NCBI GenBank assembly: GCA_976226885.1
Contig: OZ320315.1
Span: forward strand, 97,588,001-97,652,000
From: Iphione sp. A-MEVVRFRX5
Taxonomy: Eukaryota
Direction: 5' to 3'
DNA length: 64,000 nucleotides
Below, piece after piece: positions 12,300 to 22,049 of the stretch (its first letter is position 1; each line of letters opens with the position of its first letter). The translations under genes were made by a program, and so were the position numbers. The notes under the pieces are model-generated. The model ran no database searches. It was not told where the DNA came from and saw only the letters and a program-made list of their open reading frames with translations.

Positions 12300-12798
12300 C
12301 ATCAGCTGAATGAATAGAGGAAGTATGGCATGCTAGTAGACGAGATGTTGGGCGTGTAATAACCATTCCTGTTGCTCATGGTCTCAATAGGACGGTTCAC
12401 AATAGACACATGGAGACTTAGAAGTTGGATTCTTGTAAAGGGGCCATCTCCCTCAATGCCATGGATCGGTAAAAAGACAACGAGATCGCGAGTATGGCTT
12501 GAATAGCATGTTAGTTATTGTGGACAATGACTCCCTTATATCATAATCCAATGCAAAAGAAGTAGTATACCTAGCTGTGAGACAACCACTTGAATATTTA
12601 ACGAGGCCATAGAAACCTACCTAGAAGAAGGTTACATTGTTATCTAATATGGGATCATGATTAAGTTGCTCTGCAATGTTCAGATATTTGATTTCAGGGA
12701 GGATCGTCATGGTCCAGATGAATCTGTCTCCCAGGGTATGCTCAACAGTCTGCCCGAAACCCACGGTTATCCGTAATTAAGTTGATTCATGTAGTCAT
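12300..12798 (-). pseudogene. SGNH ORF remnant of element E2
   Basis: ATG 12798 ..INLITDNRG (block I), AYPGRQI (block II), FFxVGFYGLVK (block III position), VVFLPIHG, NRPIETMSNRNG; many stops. Confidence 0.62.
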
Positions 12799-12844
12799 GG
12801 TGAGTCTGTAAATCACCGAGTATAAGTTCTCATACATTTGCCTG

Positions 12845-13127
12845 CTAGTCCAACAGTAATTCACCTGTCAATGGGACTAGGGCTTCACCGACATAATTTC
12901 TTCCAGGAAAGTTCCCTACTGGGATAGACACATCGTGAAGCCCAGAAGCACTCCCATAATACTATGTGGTGAGAACTCATCTTGGGTACTGAGTAGATAC
13001 TCTACATTGCCCGGGTTGTGTTTCAGTCTTTCTCGTAGAATATAAAAGGGAGTGTCTCTCTCTGTACTCTCCGAAAGAGCAGTCGTAGTGAGTCACCTAG
13101 CTGTCTTACCAAAGCAGGGTCCAATGA
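12845..13127 (-). pseudogene. C-terminal half of the NADAR domain of E2 ORF1
   Basis: LDPALVRQLGDSL..ILRERLKHNPGNVEYLLSTQDEFSPH..YYGS..FPGRNYVGEAL..stop 12845; frameshifted and absent from the ORF track. Confidence 0.78.
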
Positions 13128-14109
13128 ATTGAATTGAATTGAACAAAGTTTATTGAGCATAAGTGTCACCACAATCATGGTGTCTTTTCAACATACAGCT
13201 CTTCCTCAACATCTCTCCATAGTAATGCGCATACATAAATCATGTACCATAGGATAACTACCACGACTAAGTTACAACAGATTATACAACAAAATGCCAT
13301 CGAATAATCCTATCACCCAATAGACTTAATATATTTCTTTATATTCACTGATGGCGATCTTAATACTACTGCTGGTAAATTATTCCATCTCGATATGCCT
13401 TCTACGAAAAAACTGTTTGATATATTGATAAGTTCGGCTTCCCAAACTTCAACTGAACAGCTCTACCTACCCTTGTTGCTGTTCTTCTCTTAACCTCACA
13501 GATTCCTAGATCATAAAGGTCAGTGATCAAGTAAAGCAAATGGCAGTTTAGTCTTTCATTACAGTCCTTGATTTTGTTCTCTCAGCCACAATTGGACTGC
13601 TGATGTGCTCACCCATGTTGTCATCACACTAGATCGGATACTTCTATACCAAGCGTTTATCAATTGTTGGTAATACTTTTTACTTGCTCCCACTAGGAAA
13701 CATAGGCCATAGTCGAGGTGTGGAATAGCAAATGAAACAAATATTTTCTTCCTCAATTTCTCATTCAAGAAATACCCTGCACGCTTTATCAGGTATGCTA
13801 TCTGTTGGAGCTTCTTTATCTTATAACGTATCATATCCACAAAGGTTAACCTGTCATCCAGAAGCAACCCTTAGAATTTAAAACTGCTTACTTGACTTAG
13901 TTTCATATCACCTAATTTCACATCCAGACTAAAACCTCTTGCCTTCCCAAAGAGCATTACCTTTGACTTCCCTTCATTCAATACCAGAGCATTTTGACCA
14001 CACCAAGCATATATTATATTCAGAGCCAGTTGCAACTTGGTTCTTAACGCCAAGGCATTCGACCCAGTAGACAAGACAGTCACATTGTCAGCATAAGCGA
14101 CGATGTGAC
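13128..14109 (-). mobile_element. 5'-truncated LINE (RT C-terminal part + 3' UTR) inserted in the E2 NADAR
   Basis: begins SHIVAYADN; PHLDYG; hairpin CACCA/TGGTG 13167-13182; AATAAA; (TTCAA)n tail; TGA duplicated at 13125-13127 and 14110-14112. Confidence 0.85.
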
Positions 14110-14490
14110 TGATGTTTGACTGATTTTTCGCCCTGTCTGATTATAGTTGCTAGCACGTGCCCTTGTGGCCTGTAATGAATGCTCAGCTGTTGCATACGTC
14201 ACTCCTTGTAAGGTGACAGGTGTTGGATGGTAGGGTGACAGAGCATGCATAAGTGACCCCTGAACACTAACACATCATTAGCTTTAATTCATGTGGTACA
14301 GGTCAATGTCTCTGTGAATGTATAGTTCACCCTCTAGAGGAAGAGAAAGCCCAACTACATCAGCTTTTAACCTTTTTTTCGAACATGGCTTGCTATTTCA
14401 TGTAAATCTTGCTAAATTTGTTTTTGCCTCAGTATTGGAAGTACTTGTGATGTGTCTCTGAACACTCCTGCAAGGAAATCTGCATGGTAC
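14110..14490 (-). pseudogene. ORF1 CTD and N-terminal half of NADAR of E2
   Basis: KADVVGLSLPLEGELY (CTD; compare KASVNGLTLYVNDRSF at 45 kb); LSPYHPTPVTLQGVTYATAEHSLQATRARA. Confidence 0.78.
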
Positions 14491-14494
14491 TGAA

Positions 14495-14800
14495 GGAGAC
14501 CTCAGTATACTCGGTATACTAGATGCCTTGTCTATCCTAATTTTGGATACTAGTTTGTGCAACCCGAAGGCACATCAAATCTAGTCACTCTCCCTCTTGC
14601 CTCAGGGTCTATGGAGACCATACTAGATAACTTGTCCATAGTCAAGACGAAGTGGTTGTTTAAAAGCTCTGCCCTGTTTGAAGCAATCTCCCATATTTCC
14701 CAGTCATGGGTGGCACAGCCACATTTAATCCCTTCCTCGCCATGCATTCATTCATCACTACCCAGAATTGTTTTTCTTCTTCCCTGACAACCTATTAATA
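14495..14800 (-). pseudogene. LINE APE-RT linker fragment
   Basis: FWVVMNE..AELLNNHFV..KIRIDKASSIPSI. Confidence 0.65.
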
Positions 14801-14956
14801 TTGCTCCTAGGTCATACAGTGTACTACAGGAGCACAGCATTTATGATATCAGATCTTATTTGGCTTGCACGGTGACAAAAAAAACTGCTACATCTCTACA
14901 GATGCGACCTTCAGCTGTCATGAGGAATGAAAATCTTGCTTCATTCGAAAGGTATC

Positions 14957-14967
14957 CAAAATGGCGG
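14957..14967 (+). promoter_or_regulatory. YY1-consensus motif at the element 5' end (candidate internal promoter/initiator)
   Basis: CAAAATGGCGG, ending 34 nt before the ORF1 ATG; human L1 carries a YY1 site at its 5' end. Confidence 0.5.
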
Positions 14968-15001
14968 ACGAGTAGACGTGCCCTGCTGAGCTCTCCCGGT
15001 T

Positions 15002-16738
15002 ATGGTTAAAAACAGTGGTATTGGTCGCCACAAACTCAATCAGGATGACAGACGGCAATATACTAAGCCATCTACCCGTGCTGCATACGCTCTTAGGTCT
15101 GCAGAAAGCATGGATTATCTACCCTCGACCGAGGATACCTGTAAGAGTAGGGCTACAGCGTTGCTGAAAATGGACGCCAGTTTGAACCCAACGGTCGAGC
15201 TGACCAAACTAACTCTAGCTGAACTGGAGAAGTACTCTCAAAGTCCTTCTAACTCACGAAAGGAGGACTCATTGAGTATGGAAAGTGCAAGCAACATATG
15301 TGACTCATTGGAAATAACCCAATCTACAACTTGTACAGACAAAACAATGGGTACGCACCTTCATGCTGGCTCAACTGTCATCGGTAACGACACGATCAAG
15401 GTAGACAAGGCTTCGTTATCCAGTCATCTGCACGTCGGTGGGCCACTCATAAAGCCCATGTTTAAACGTGGTGAGGAGCTTATGAGTTCGACCCCCATGG
15501 TCCCGATCAGCACCCAGGAGTCAAACGTCATCCTATCTCCTATCCCCTCAACCTCCATGGGTGTCAGTCAAGAGATCTTGGACGAAATCAAACACTCTGT
15601 GGATAGCATCGAAAAGAAATTCATGGGTGAGTTACACTCTGTTAAGAATGATATCAGAGACATAAAGTTGTCATTGGAACAGTGTATTTCTAAACAGAGC
15701 CACCCGAGTAAAATGATGACATCGACTCTTGACAGCAAGATTGCTGTTATTGAGGCTAAGCTAAATGCACTGTCAGAAGGCTGCAATGAGGTAAAACTCG
15801 ATCTAACACGCCTAGAGATCAGAGATAGGAGCAGGCGCCTCGTAATTGAAGGTATTCACAAGAACAACAGACAGAACCTAATGAACTTCCTAGCAACTCT
15901 GTTTCATTCCATAGCGGGGATCAGGCGTGACGAAGTGTCAGATTGCATTGTTTACACTGAGTCCGGGAATTATCTTCGTGTCGGGGTTCTCCTGACCTCA
16001 CTTGAGGCTCGGAATCTTATTTTCCGTAACAGACACAAGCTTAGATCTGGAGATACTTCGGGCATCTACGTAAAGGAGGATCTTCCGACCTCGGCGGTCG
16101 ACATAAACAAAAAGCAGCAAAGGTTGGCAAAGAAAGCACGTGTGCAGGGAAGCAAGGCCACTGCCAGGGGCGTGGACTTAATAATCGATGGTGAAAAGTA
16201 TTCTCCTGCTGACATCCCCTACCTTCCATCCTACCTTCAAGATGACTCCCTCAGCACACATGTGACGGATAATGCGTACAAATTTGATGCTGACAACACA
16301 TTATTCTCACCTAACAAACTAGGTCCAGTGATTATCGAAGGTAAACAGTACGCCACGCCGGAAGTGGCTGCGCTATCGCTATTGTCTCGTGACGAACGAG
16401 ACTTGAAGCTCAAAAAAATTGTAAACAACTGTCGTAGTATTGCGGAGGCCAAAGGAGCACTCGATAATTCACAGGCGGATCAGTCATGGGAATCACGTTT
16501 GAAGGTAATACTATCAAGTGTATATGCCAAACTCCTTGAGGATAACTGTGTTGCTCGCGATGCGTTGATTTTGACGGGATCTCGACATATCTGCTTTATC
16601 GATCGCGACCATGTACTTGGAACAGGCGAAAAGTGGGTCACCCCTTTGAATGTCGCGCTTACGGATAACTACCCAGGAAAAAACCTTCTAGGAGAGGTAC
16701 TGATGGGGGTTCGATCACGACTCACAGCAAACACTTAA
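15002..16738 (+). CDS. E3 ORF1 (578 aa): disordered N-terminus, coiled coil, L1-ORF1p-like RRM/CTD, C-terminal NADAR-like domain (about 16277-16738)
   Basis: LEIRDRSRRLVIEGI (compare L1 LExRSRRNNLRIxGI); IYVKEDLP; IIEGKQYATPE; LILTGSRHICFIDRDHVLGTG; YPGKNLLGEVLMGVRSRL (NADAR terminal GxNxLGxxLMxVR). Confidence 0.9.
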   Translation: MVKNSGIGRHKLNQDDRRQYTKPSTRAAYALRSAESMDYLPSTEDTCKSRATALLKMDASLNPTVELTKLTLAELEKYSQSPSNSRKEDSLSMESASNICDSLEITQSTTCTDKTMGTHLHAGSTVIGNDTIKVDKASLSSHLHVGGPLIKPMFKRGEELMSSTPMVPISTQESNVILSPIPSTSMGVSQEILDEIKHSVDSIEKKFMGELHSVKNDIRDIKLSLEQCISKQSHPSKMMTSTLDSKIAVIEAKLNALSEGCNEVKLDLTRLEIRDRSRRLVIEGIHKNNRQNLMNFLATLFHSIAGIRRDEVSDCIVYTESGNYLRVGVLLTSLEARNLIFRNRHKLRSGDTSGIYVKEDLPTSAVDINKKQQRLAKKARVQGSKATARGVDLIIDGEKYSPADIPYLPSYLQDDSLSTHVTDNAYKFDADNTLFSPNKLGPVIIEGKQYATPEVAALSLLSRDERDLKLKKIVNNCRSIAEAKGALDNSQADQSWESRLKVILSSVYAKLLEDNCVARDALILTGSRHICFIDRDHVLGTGEKWVTPLNVALTDNYPGKNLLGEVLMGVRSRLTANT

Positions 16739-16837
16739 GTCGCATACTTATCTCTGACTTGATGATACCTTCTGCCTCACGCAAAATGGTCGTGTATTTT
16801 ATTTTGTCCTTTCTCTTACTTCTTCACAGCAAAAGTG

Positions 16838-17554
16838 ATGAGGTATCCGAGGCAGTATCAGGCAAGCCACTGTACAAGAATTCTCGTCATTGCCGACACT
16901 CAATCTGCGCCGGCCTTCTTGGAACTAGAATCGAGTCTTCATCTTCTCCCTCCTGTATCCATGCATCTAATAACGATCAAACGGTGCTCCTACAGGATGG
17001 TGGCCAAATGGCTATCATATGGGAATGTCTCGTCGTTCCATCTCGTCTTAGTTGCTGCCGGCATGTATGACTGGATGATAAAAAGGGATGGTGAGTGGAG
17101 TGTCCGTACAGGATCGCCGGCGATGTATGCGGACCGTCTCGACTACTATATGTCAAAGATTCTTCATTTGTGCAAGGGTGCCAGTGATGGAGGCCCACAC
17201 GTTGTTTTTTGTCCGGCAGCATGTGTTGATTTATCAGGCATGAATCCAGACATTGTGGACGACATGGATCAGTTCAAGATCAATGCTGCAGTAGTGATAC
17301 ATAACATCAGATGTGAGGGCTCCTCCAGCTCGATAGGCATTTTCCCATGCACCCTTGCCACCCCTGTCACCCATCCTAGTATGGGTGACATTGTGAATAA
17401 CTTCGACCACCTGAAAGCGGATGGTTTCCGGCCAAAGGACACAACCATCTGTGAGTGGAGCTACACTATCAGACTCTTCTTACACGAATACATCAGTTTT
17501 TATGGTTACTACCATATCAGTAACAACGGCCCTCTGGTTCACATCAATCACTGA
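16838..17554 (+). CDS. E3 ORF2: SGNH-hydrolase-fold protein with substituted catalytic residues
   Basis: same position as the SGNH ORFs of E1/E2/E4/F; ILVIADTQ (block I), VAAGMYD (block III), VVFCP, ADGFRP (block V); ATG at 16838 (ORF track starts at GTG 16835). Confidence 0.72.
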   Translation: MRYPRQYQASHCTRILVIADTQSAPAFLELESSLHLLPPVSMHLITIKRCSYRMVAKWLSYGNVSSFHLVLVAAGMYDWMIKRDGEWSVRTGSPAMYADRLDYYMSKILHLCKGASDGGPHVVFCPAACVDLSGMNPDIVDDMDQFKINAAVVIHNIRCEGSSSSIGIFPCTLATPVTHPSMGDIVNNFDHLKADGFRPKDTTICEWSYTIRLFLHEYISFYGYYHISNNGPLVHINH

Positions 17555-18261
17555 GGTATATGTCCTGTAATGACTTGGACAACTTAAAACTGACCAACTA
17601 TGACTGCTCCATAACCGGGAGAGCACAGGCCCCATTTTCTTCTTGTCCCTTGCTAGTACAGTAGGAGCTTAGATACCTCAGAGCAGGAGCTAAAAACTGT
17701 TCATATAGTGTGTCCTATGTCAGGCCAAAACTTGTGGTCGTGTTACACAGAAATGTATCACTTGTATTCCAGGCTCATAGTAATCTGTGATACACTGTCC
17801 GTTTTTCCGGCCAAAAGACTTGAAGTGGTATTATTTATCAACTTTTCATTAATATTCCAGCCTTAAAATTAACCTGTGATACATTGTTTGTCTATTTGTT
17901 ACATTTACTAATCATCTCAATTATATACTAGGCTTGAAATTAATCTTGATGCGTTGTCCTTCAAAGTGTCATACCATTGAACCTACATACTCGTATATTC
18001 CTTCTTTATGTAGGACTAGACTCACTATCTCAGATTCCATTTCCCCAATCCCTTATGCTTTCTTTCTGCTTTCTTCGCAGCATTATTACCCCAATCCCTA
18101 TCCAAGCCTGTACTACCTACCTGTTGACACCAAAGAAATTTATCCGTGTGTACTTAGATGTATTCTTATCCTAGTAAACTCTGAAGTGTCCTTTCAGTTT
18201 CATGTACTTAGCTTACCCTTGAAGCCTTAGCTATAAATTCATCTATTAGTATCATAACGGG

Positions 18262-21039
18262 ATGTCTATCCCAGGCATTTTTCTCATATTATTTCTATAC
18301 TATATCCATGTATCTGTAAACATGACGCCTGGATTGAAATTTGTATGCTATAATATACGTAGCATTACTAAAAAAGTTGAAGATGTCCGAGTCTTGCTTA
18401 GTAATGAAAAGGTTGATGTTTGCCTTATTACGGAGACTTGGCTAAACGAGACAGTGGATGATTCATCGCTTGAGATCAATGGTTACAGCTTTGTTAGACA
18501 TGATAGACATATGTTGGGAAAGAAAAGGGGTGGTGGTATTCTATTTTACTACAGATCGAATTATGAAGTTCAAGCTGTAATGAGGCATCATCATCCCGAC
18601 TCCAAGTGTGAGATCCTAGGCATTACCCTAAAAGCTGGCAATAGGAAACCTATCGAAATCTTGGGGATTTACAGACCACCAGATGACCCCATTAGTGATA
18701 CTGAAGTATGCCTGTCCGTAGCATCAGACGAATTTTTCTCATCGAAAGGCACTGACAGAATTGTCATGGGTGATTTTAACTTTGACTTTACAGAGCATAC
18801 AAAAGTGGGGGGAAAGTTAGTTGATCTACTCTCTCGCCTGGGTCTCCGTCAGTTAATACATGAACCAACGATGATTAACTCTAACAACTGCTTAGACCAG
18901 ATCTGGGTTGACTTTAGTGACCACTCTGGGGGTAAAACACTTGATTATTTCTTTAGTGACCATCTACCTATATCATTTACCATGAAGAAAGGAGTAGGCT
19001 GGAGGAAAAAGGAGGAGATCACACTTCGTAACTGGTCTAATGCTAACCCAATTGAAATACACAACATGTTAGCTAGGGAGGGTCTGCTAGCTAAAACAGG
19101 TAACCATGAAGATAGGTGGGAGAACTTCGAAGATGCCATTCGCAGTTATCTTATAGATAAATGCCCTGAAAAAACTGTCACTGTGAAGAGGGATAGAAAT
19201 GGTTTCGTACCAAGTGCAGCTCTGCTGGACCTAATAGAGGATAGGAAGTACTTTTTTCGAAAATGGAAGAGACTGGGTGACATTGACAGCAAGAGAATAT
19301 TTAAATTTCTGAACAAAAAGGTTAGGGCGTGTCTTAGAGCAGAACGGCGCATCTACTGGGACTCTCAGATTAGTAATGCAAGATGTGACTCCAAGGCTAG
19401 CTGGAATCTCCTTAACAAGGCAGTTGGAAGGAGAAGTGAAACGGTTACGCTCCCGAGTGAAACTAAGGCTGAGGGTGTCAATCTGGCCTCAGCCTTTAAC
19501 TCACACTTTATAGAAGAAGTCACCAGCCTAACAAAAAACCTTTCTCCAATCGCAATAGATCTCTCCAATAAGGAGACAGATGGCTTTGAACTCCCCATTC
19601 CTGATCCAACTGAAATTTTGCAATGTGTACAAAAACAAAAAGTGTCCAAACCTTCAGGCATCCAAGGTATACCAACCAAGATCCTCAAGCCTGTACTGAT
19701 ACTGTGCCATGAATTTCTGACCTGGATATTCATGCAGTCGCTGTTGCATGGCATGTTTCCAACTGTTTGGAAAAATGGTGTAGTGACTCCAATCTATAAA
19801 AAGGGGGATTCCGACTGTCTTCAGAATTACAGACCTGTCACCATACTCCCACTACCAGGCAAAATCTTCGAATCATGGTTCTGTGGTAAAATCATGGGTT
19901 GGATTGAAGACTCTAGTCTTCTCTCGACGGCACAACATGGCTTTAGGAAAGGTCGCTCGACAGAAACTGCCATCACTAGCCTCCTATGTCATCTACAAGA
20001 AAAATACAATGAAGGCAAGCACACATGTGTCCTACTCTTTGACTTGAAAAAAGCCTTCGATGTTATCTCACATAGGAGACTACTGCAGGTGCTAGAACAA
20101 AAAGGCATAGGCCCGGTAACAAGAGCTCTGATCAGCAGCTATTTAACTGGTCGCAAGCAATGTGTGTTATGCAAAGGTGAAAGGTCACAGTATCTGCCAG
20201 TGACACAAGGAGTTCCACAAGGCTCAATAATGGGGCCTAATGCGTTCACTCTGGTGATAGATGACATAGTCACAGCTCTTCCTGAGGGATGCTACCCCAT
20301 ATTGTATGCAGATGACCTAACGGTTTCAGTTCATGCTGGTAACATATTGAAGCTTAGAAGCATTGCGCTAGATGCACTAAACAGAGTGTCTGAATGGTGC
20401 AAGAATGCTGGTCTTGTGCTAAGCAGAGAAAAGTGTTCGTACGTTAGCATTGGAAAAACCTGTGGCTTTGACTTGGACCTTAGTCTGGGGGGTACATCTC
20501 TTAAGAAAGTTGACAGTGCGCGTATCCTGGGCTATCAATTCTCATCAGACCTGAAACCGATTAGGACCCTCAGCCATGTAAAGAAGCTAATGTGGTTGGC
20601 GTGCCTGAAAATAGGGAGAGCCAAGCACCTGCTACCATTAAGGGCTAGGAAAATCCTGTTCACCTCACTGGTGCTAAGCCACTTGAACTTCCATGCTGTG
20701 ATGTTGTATGAGCTGTCAAAAAATCAAAAATCAAAACTTCAAAGCTTTGTAAATAGATGTGCTCGTGTATGCTATCAGTCTAAGGACTTTCTCTCAGGGA
20801 GACTATTGACCAGCAAGTTCTCTGTGCCCATTGTAACGAGTCTTCTGGATGAAAAAGGAACCAAATCTGTAGGTAAATTAATGAAACTAGGTTCACTTCC
20901 AGAGGCTACTAGGACTAAAACAAGACGTGGGTGTCTATCCCGAGGCCTAGTACCAAAACCTATGAGTGCCGGTTTTAGGCGCTCGCTAAGATACAAGGCT
21001 GTATTGAGCTGGAATTCTGAGTTCTATGTTAAGCTTTAA
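18262..21039 (+). CDS. E3 ORF3: intact APE endonuclease-reverse transcriptase (925 aa; likely start Met at 18322)
   Basis: YNIRS, TETW, YRPP, GDFN, LDQI, SDH; NYRPVTILP, QHGFR, DLKKAFD, GVPQGS, YADD; C-terminal SLRYKAVLSWNS; no RNase H. Confidence 0.97.
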   Translation: MSIPGIFLILFLYYIHVSVNMTPGLKFVCYNIRSITKKVEDVRVLLSNEKVDVCLITETWLNETVDDSSLEINGYSFVRHDRHMLGKKRGGGILFYYRSNYEVQAVMRHHHPDSKCEILGITLKAGNRKPIEILGIYRPPDDPISDTEVCLSVASDEFFSSKGTDRIVMGDFNFDFTEHTKVGGKLVDLLSRLGLRQLIHEPTMINSNNCLDQIWVDFSDHSGGKTLDYFFSDHLPISFTMKKGVGWRKKEEITLRNWSNANPIEIHNMLAREGLLAKTGNHEDRWENFEDAIRSYLIDKCPEKTVTVKRDRNGFVPSAALLDLIEDRKYFFRKWKRLGDIDSKRIFKFLNKKVRACLRAERRIYWDSQISNARCDSKASWNLLNKAVGRRSETVTLPSETKAEGVNLASAFNSHFIEEVTSLTKNLSPIAIDLSNKETDGFELPIPDPTEILQCVQKQKVSKPSGIQGIPTKILKPVLILCHEFLTWIFMQSLLHGMFPTVWKNGVVTPIYKKGDSDCLQNYRPVTILPLPGKIFESWFCGKIMGWIEDSSLLSTAQHGFRKGRSTETAITSLLCHLQEKYNEGKHTCVLLFDLKKAFDVISHRRLLQVLEQKGIGPVTRALISSYLTGRKQCVLCKGERSQYLPVTQGVPQGSIMGPNAFTLVIDDIVTALPEGCYPILYADDLTVSVHAGNILKLRSIALDALNRVSEWCKNAGLVLSREKCSYVSIGKTCGFDLDLSLGGTSLKKVDSARILGYQFSSDLKPIRTLSHVKKLMWLACLKIGRAKHLLPLRARKILFTSLVLSHLNFHAVMLYELSKNQKSKLQSFVNRCARVCYQSKDFLSGRLLTSKFSVPIVTSLLDEKGTKSVGKLMKLGSLPEATRTKTRRGCLSRGLVPKPMSAGFRRSLRYKAVLSWNSEFYVKL

Positions 21040-21742
21040 TGTGATCTCTTGTATTCTATGAACTGCAGTGAAAGCAGTCAAATGCATCTTTTGTATTAGG
21101 TTGGTTAATTATTGCATCATTTTTGGTGTATTCTAGTAGTAAAATTCTATAATTAATTCTACCTTTTTACCTACTTGATATTAAACTTTATCCTAGACTG
21201 CTAGGGATCACACAGCGAGTAATAACTATGCTGCTATGATTCCATAATCTAAAGTAATGGGTCACATTGTACGTTATGTAATGTATCCTGTGTTTTTCTT
21301 AAAGATTACTTTCTGTGACATGTTGCTGTACATACAGTCAGTTATTCATCTATGTAATGATGATAATGATTATATTTCGCCTATTGTACCATATTATGTG
21401 TCCTTTATGTTCAAGATATGTCCACATTTGTAATCTCACTATAAGTGAAATTCTCTTACTTCTCTGTCATTTGTGCTGCAAAATATGTTATGTTACTATG
21501 CAAAGTATGTAAGAAACATGAACACGAGTTTTCTGACGGTGTAATGTAATGTATACTCCTATTGAATAATTATTGCTCACGCTCTTGACTATCGATATCA
21601 AATGCTACTTTCATACGTCATATACTGTTTTACATTGTATCTATGTCACGACATGTTTCATTTTGCACTTACATTTGAATTTATATTCTGTAATCTTTTT
21701 GTATTCCGTTTGTAATTGTATTTCTGTAATTTCCAAGACAAG

Positions 21743-21797
21743 CTCCTGACCTGTATCATGGAGAAGGAAATAAACTATCTTGAAACTTGAAACTTAA
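21743..21797 (+). other. LINE 3' recognition hairpin, poly(A) signal and microsatellite tail
   Basis: CTCC-TGA-cctgta-TCA-t-GGAG 21743-21763; AATAAA 21769-21774; CTTGAAACTTGAAACTTAAA. Confidence 0.75.
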
Positions 21798-21897
21798 ATG
21801 AAATTTGGGCAACTATCACAGGTAGCAGCATAGAGGGTGGCCCAGTCATTTCTGTAGACTGGGCAGATAGTTAGGAAGTAGATTTTGTTATGTCTTG

Positions 21898-21994
21898 TTT
21901 ACCTCACACTCCTGTCATGTACTGGTAGTAATAGTCACATTTACCTCACAATCCTATCATGTACAGGTAGTAATAGTGACATATACCTCACAAG
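21898..21994 (+). repeat. 42-43 bp tandem repeat, about 2.3 copies
   Basis: tttacctcaca..tcatgtac(t/a)ggtagtaatagt(c/g)aca. Confidence 0.85.
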
Positions 21995-22049
21995 TGCAAG
22001 CGTAAGACAGGTAGATTCGGTGTCTCTAAGGATGTAGTTCTCTTCCAAT

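Larger units (their letters stand above)
14955..21797 (+). mobile_element. Element E3: apparently full-length, intact three-ORF CR1/L2-type LINE
   Basis: three open ORFs; short 5' leader with CAAAATGGCGG; ~740-nt 3' UTR ending in hairpin, AATAAA and (CTTGAAA)n tail; no convincing TSD. Confidence 0.93.

Noticed and set aside
10052-16738. Bacterial DarT1-NADAR toxin-antitoxin or riboflavin-pathway ybiA from contamination
   Set aside because: NADARs are fused to retrotransposon ORF1; no ADP-ribosyltransferase or bacterial operon is recognisable
18262-18321. Signal peptide on APE-RT (MSIPGIFLILFLYY)
   Set aside because: T-rich spacer read in frame; relatives begin at the position of the second Met
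14925-21810. TSD of E3 (AATGAAA on both sides)
   Set aside because: Short, AT-rich, overlaps the tail and lies about 20 nt from the inferred 5' end; not distinguishable from chance
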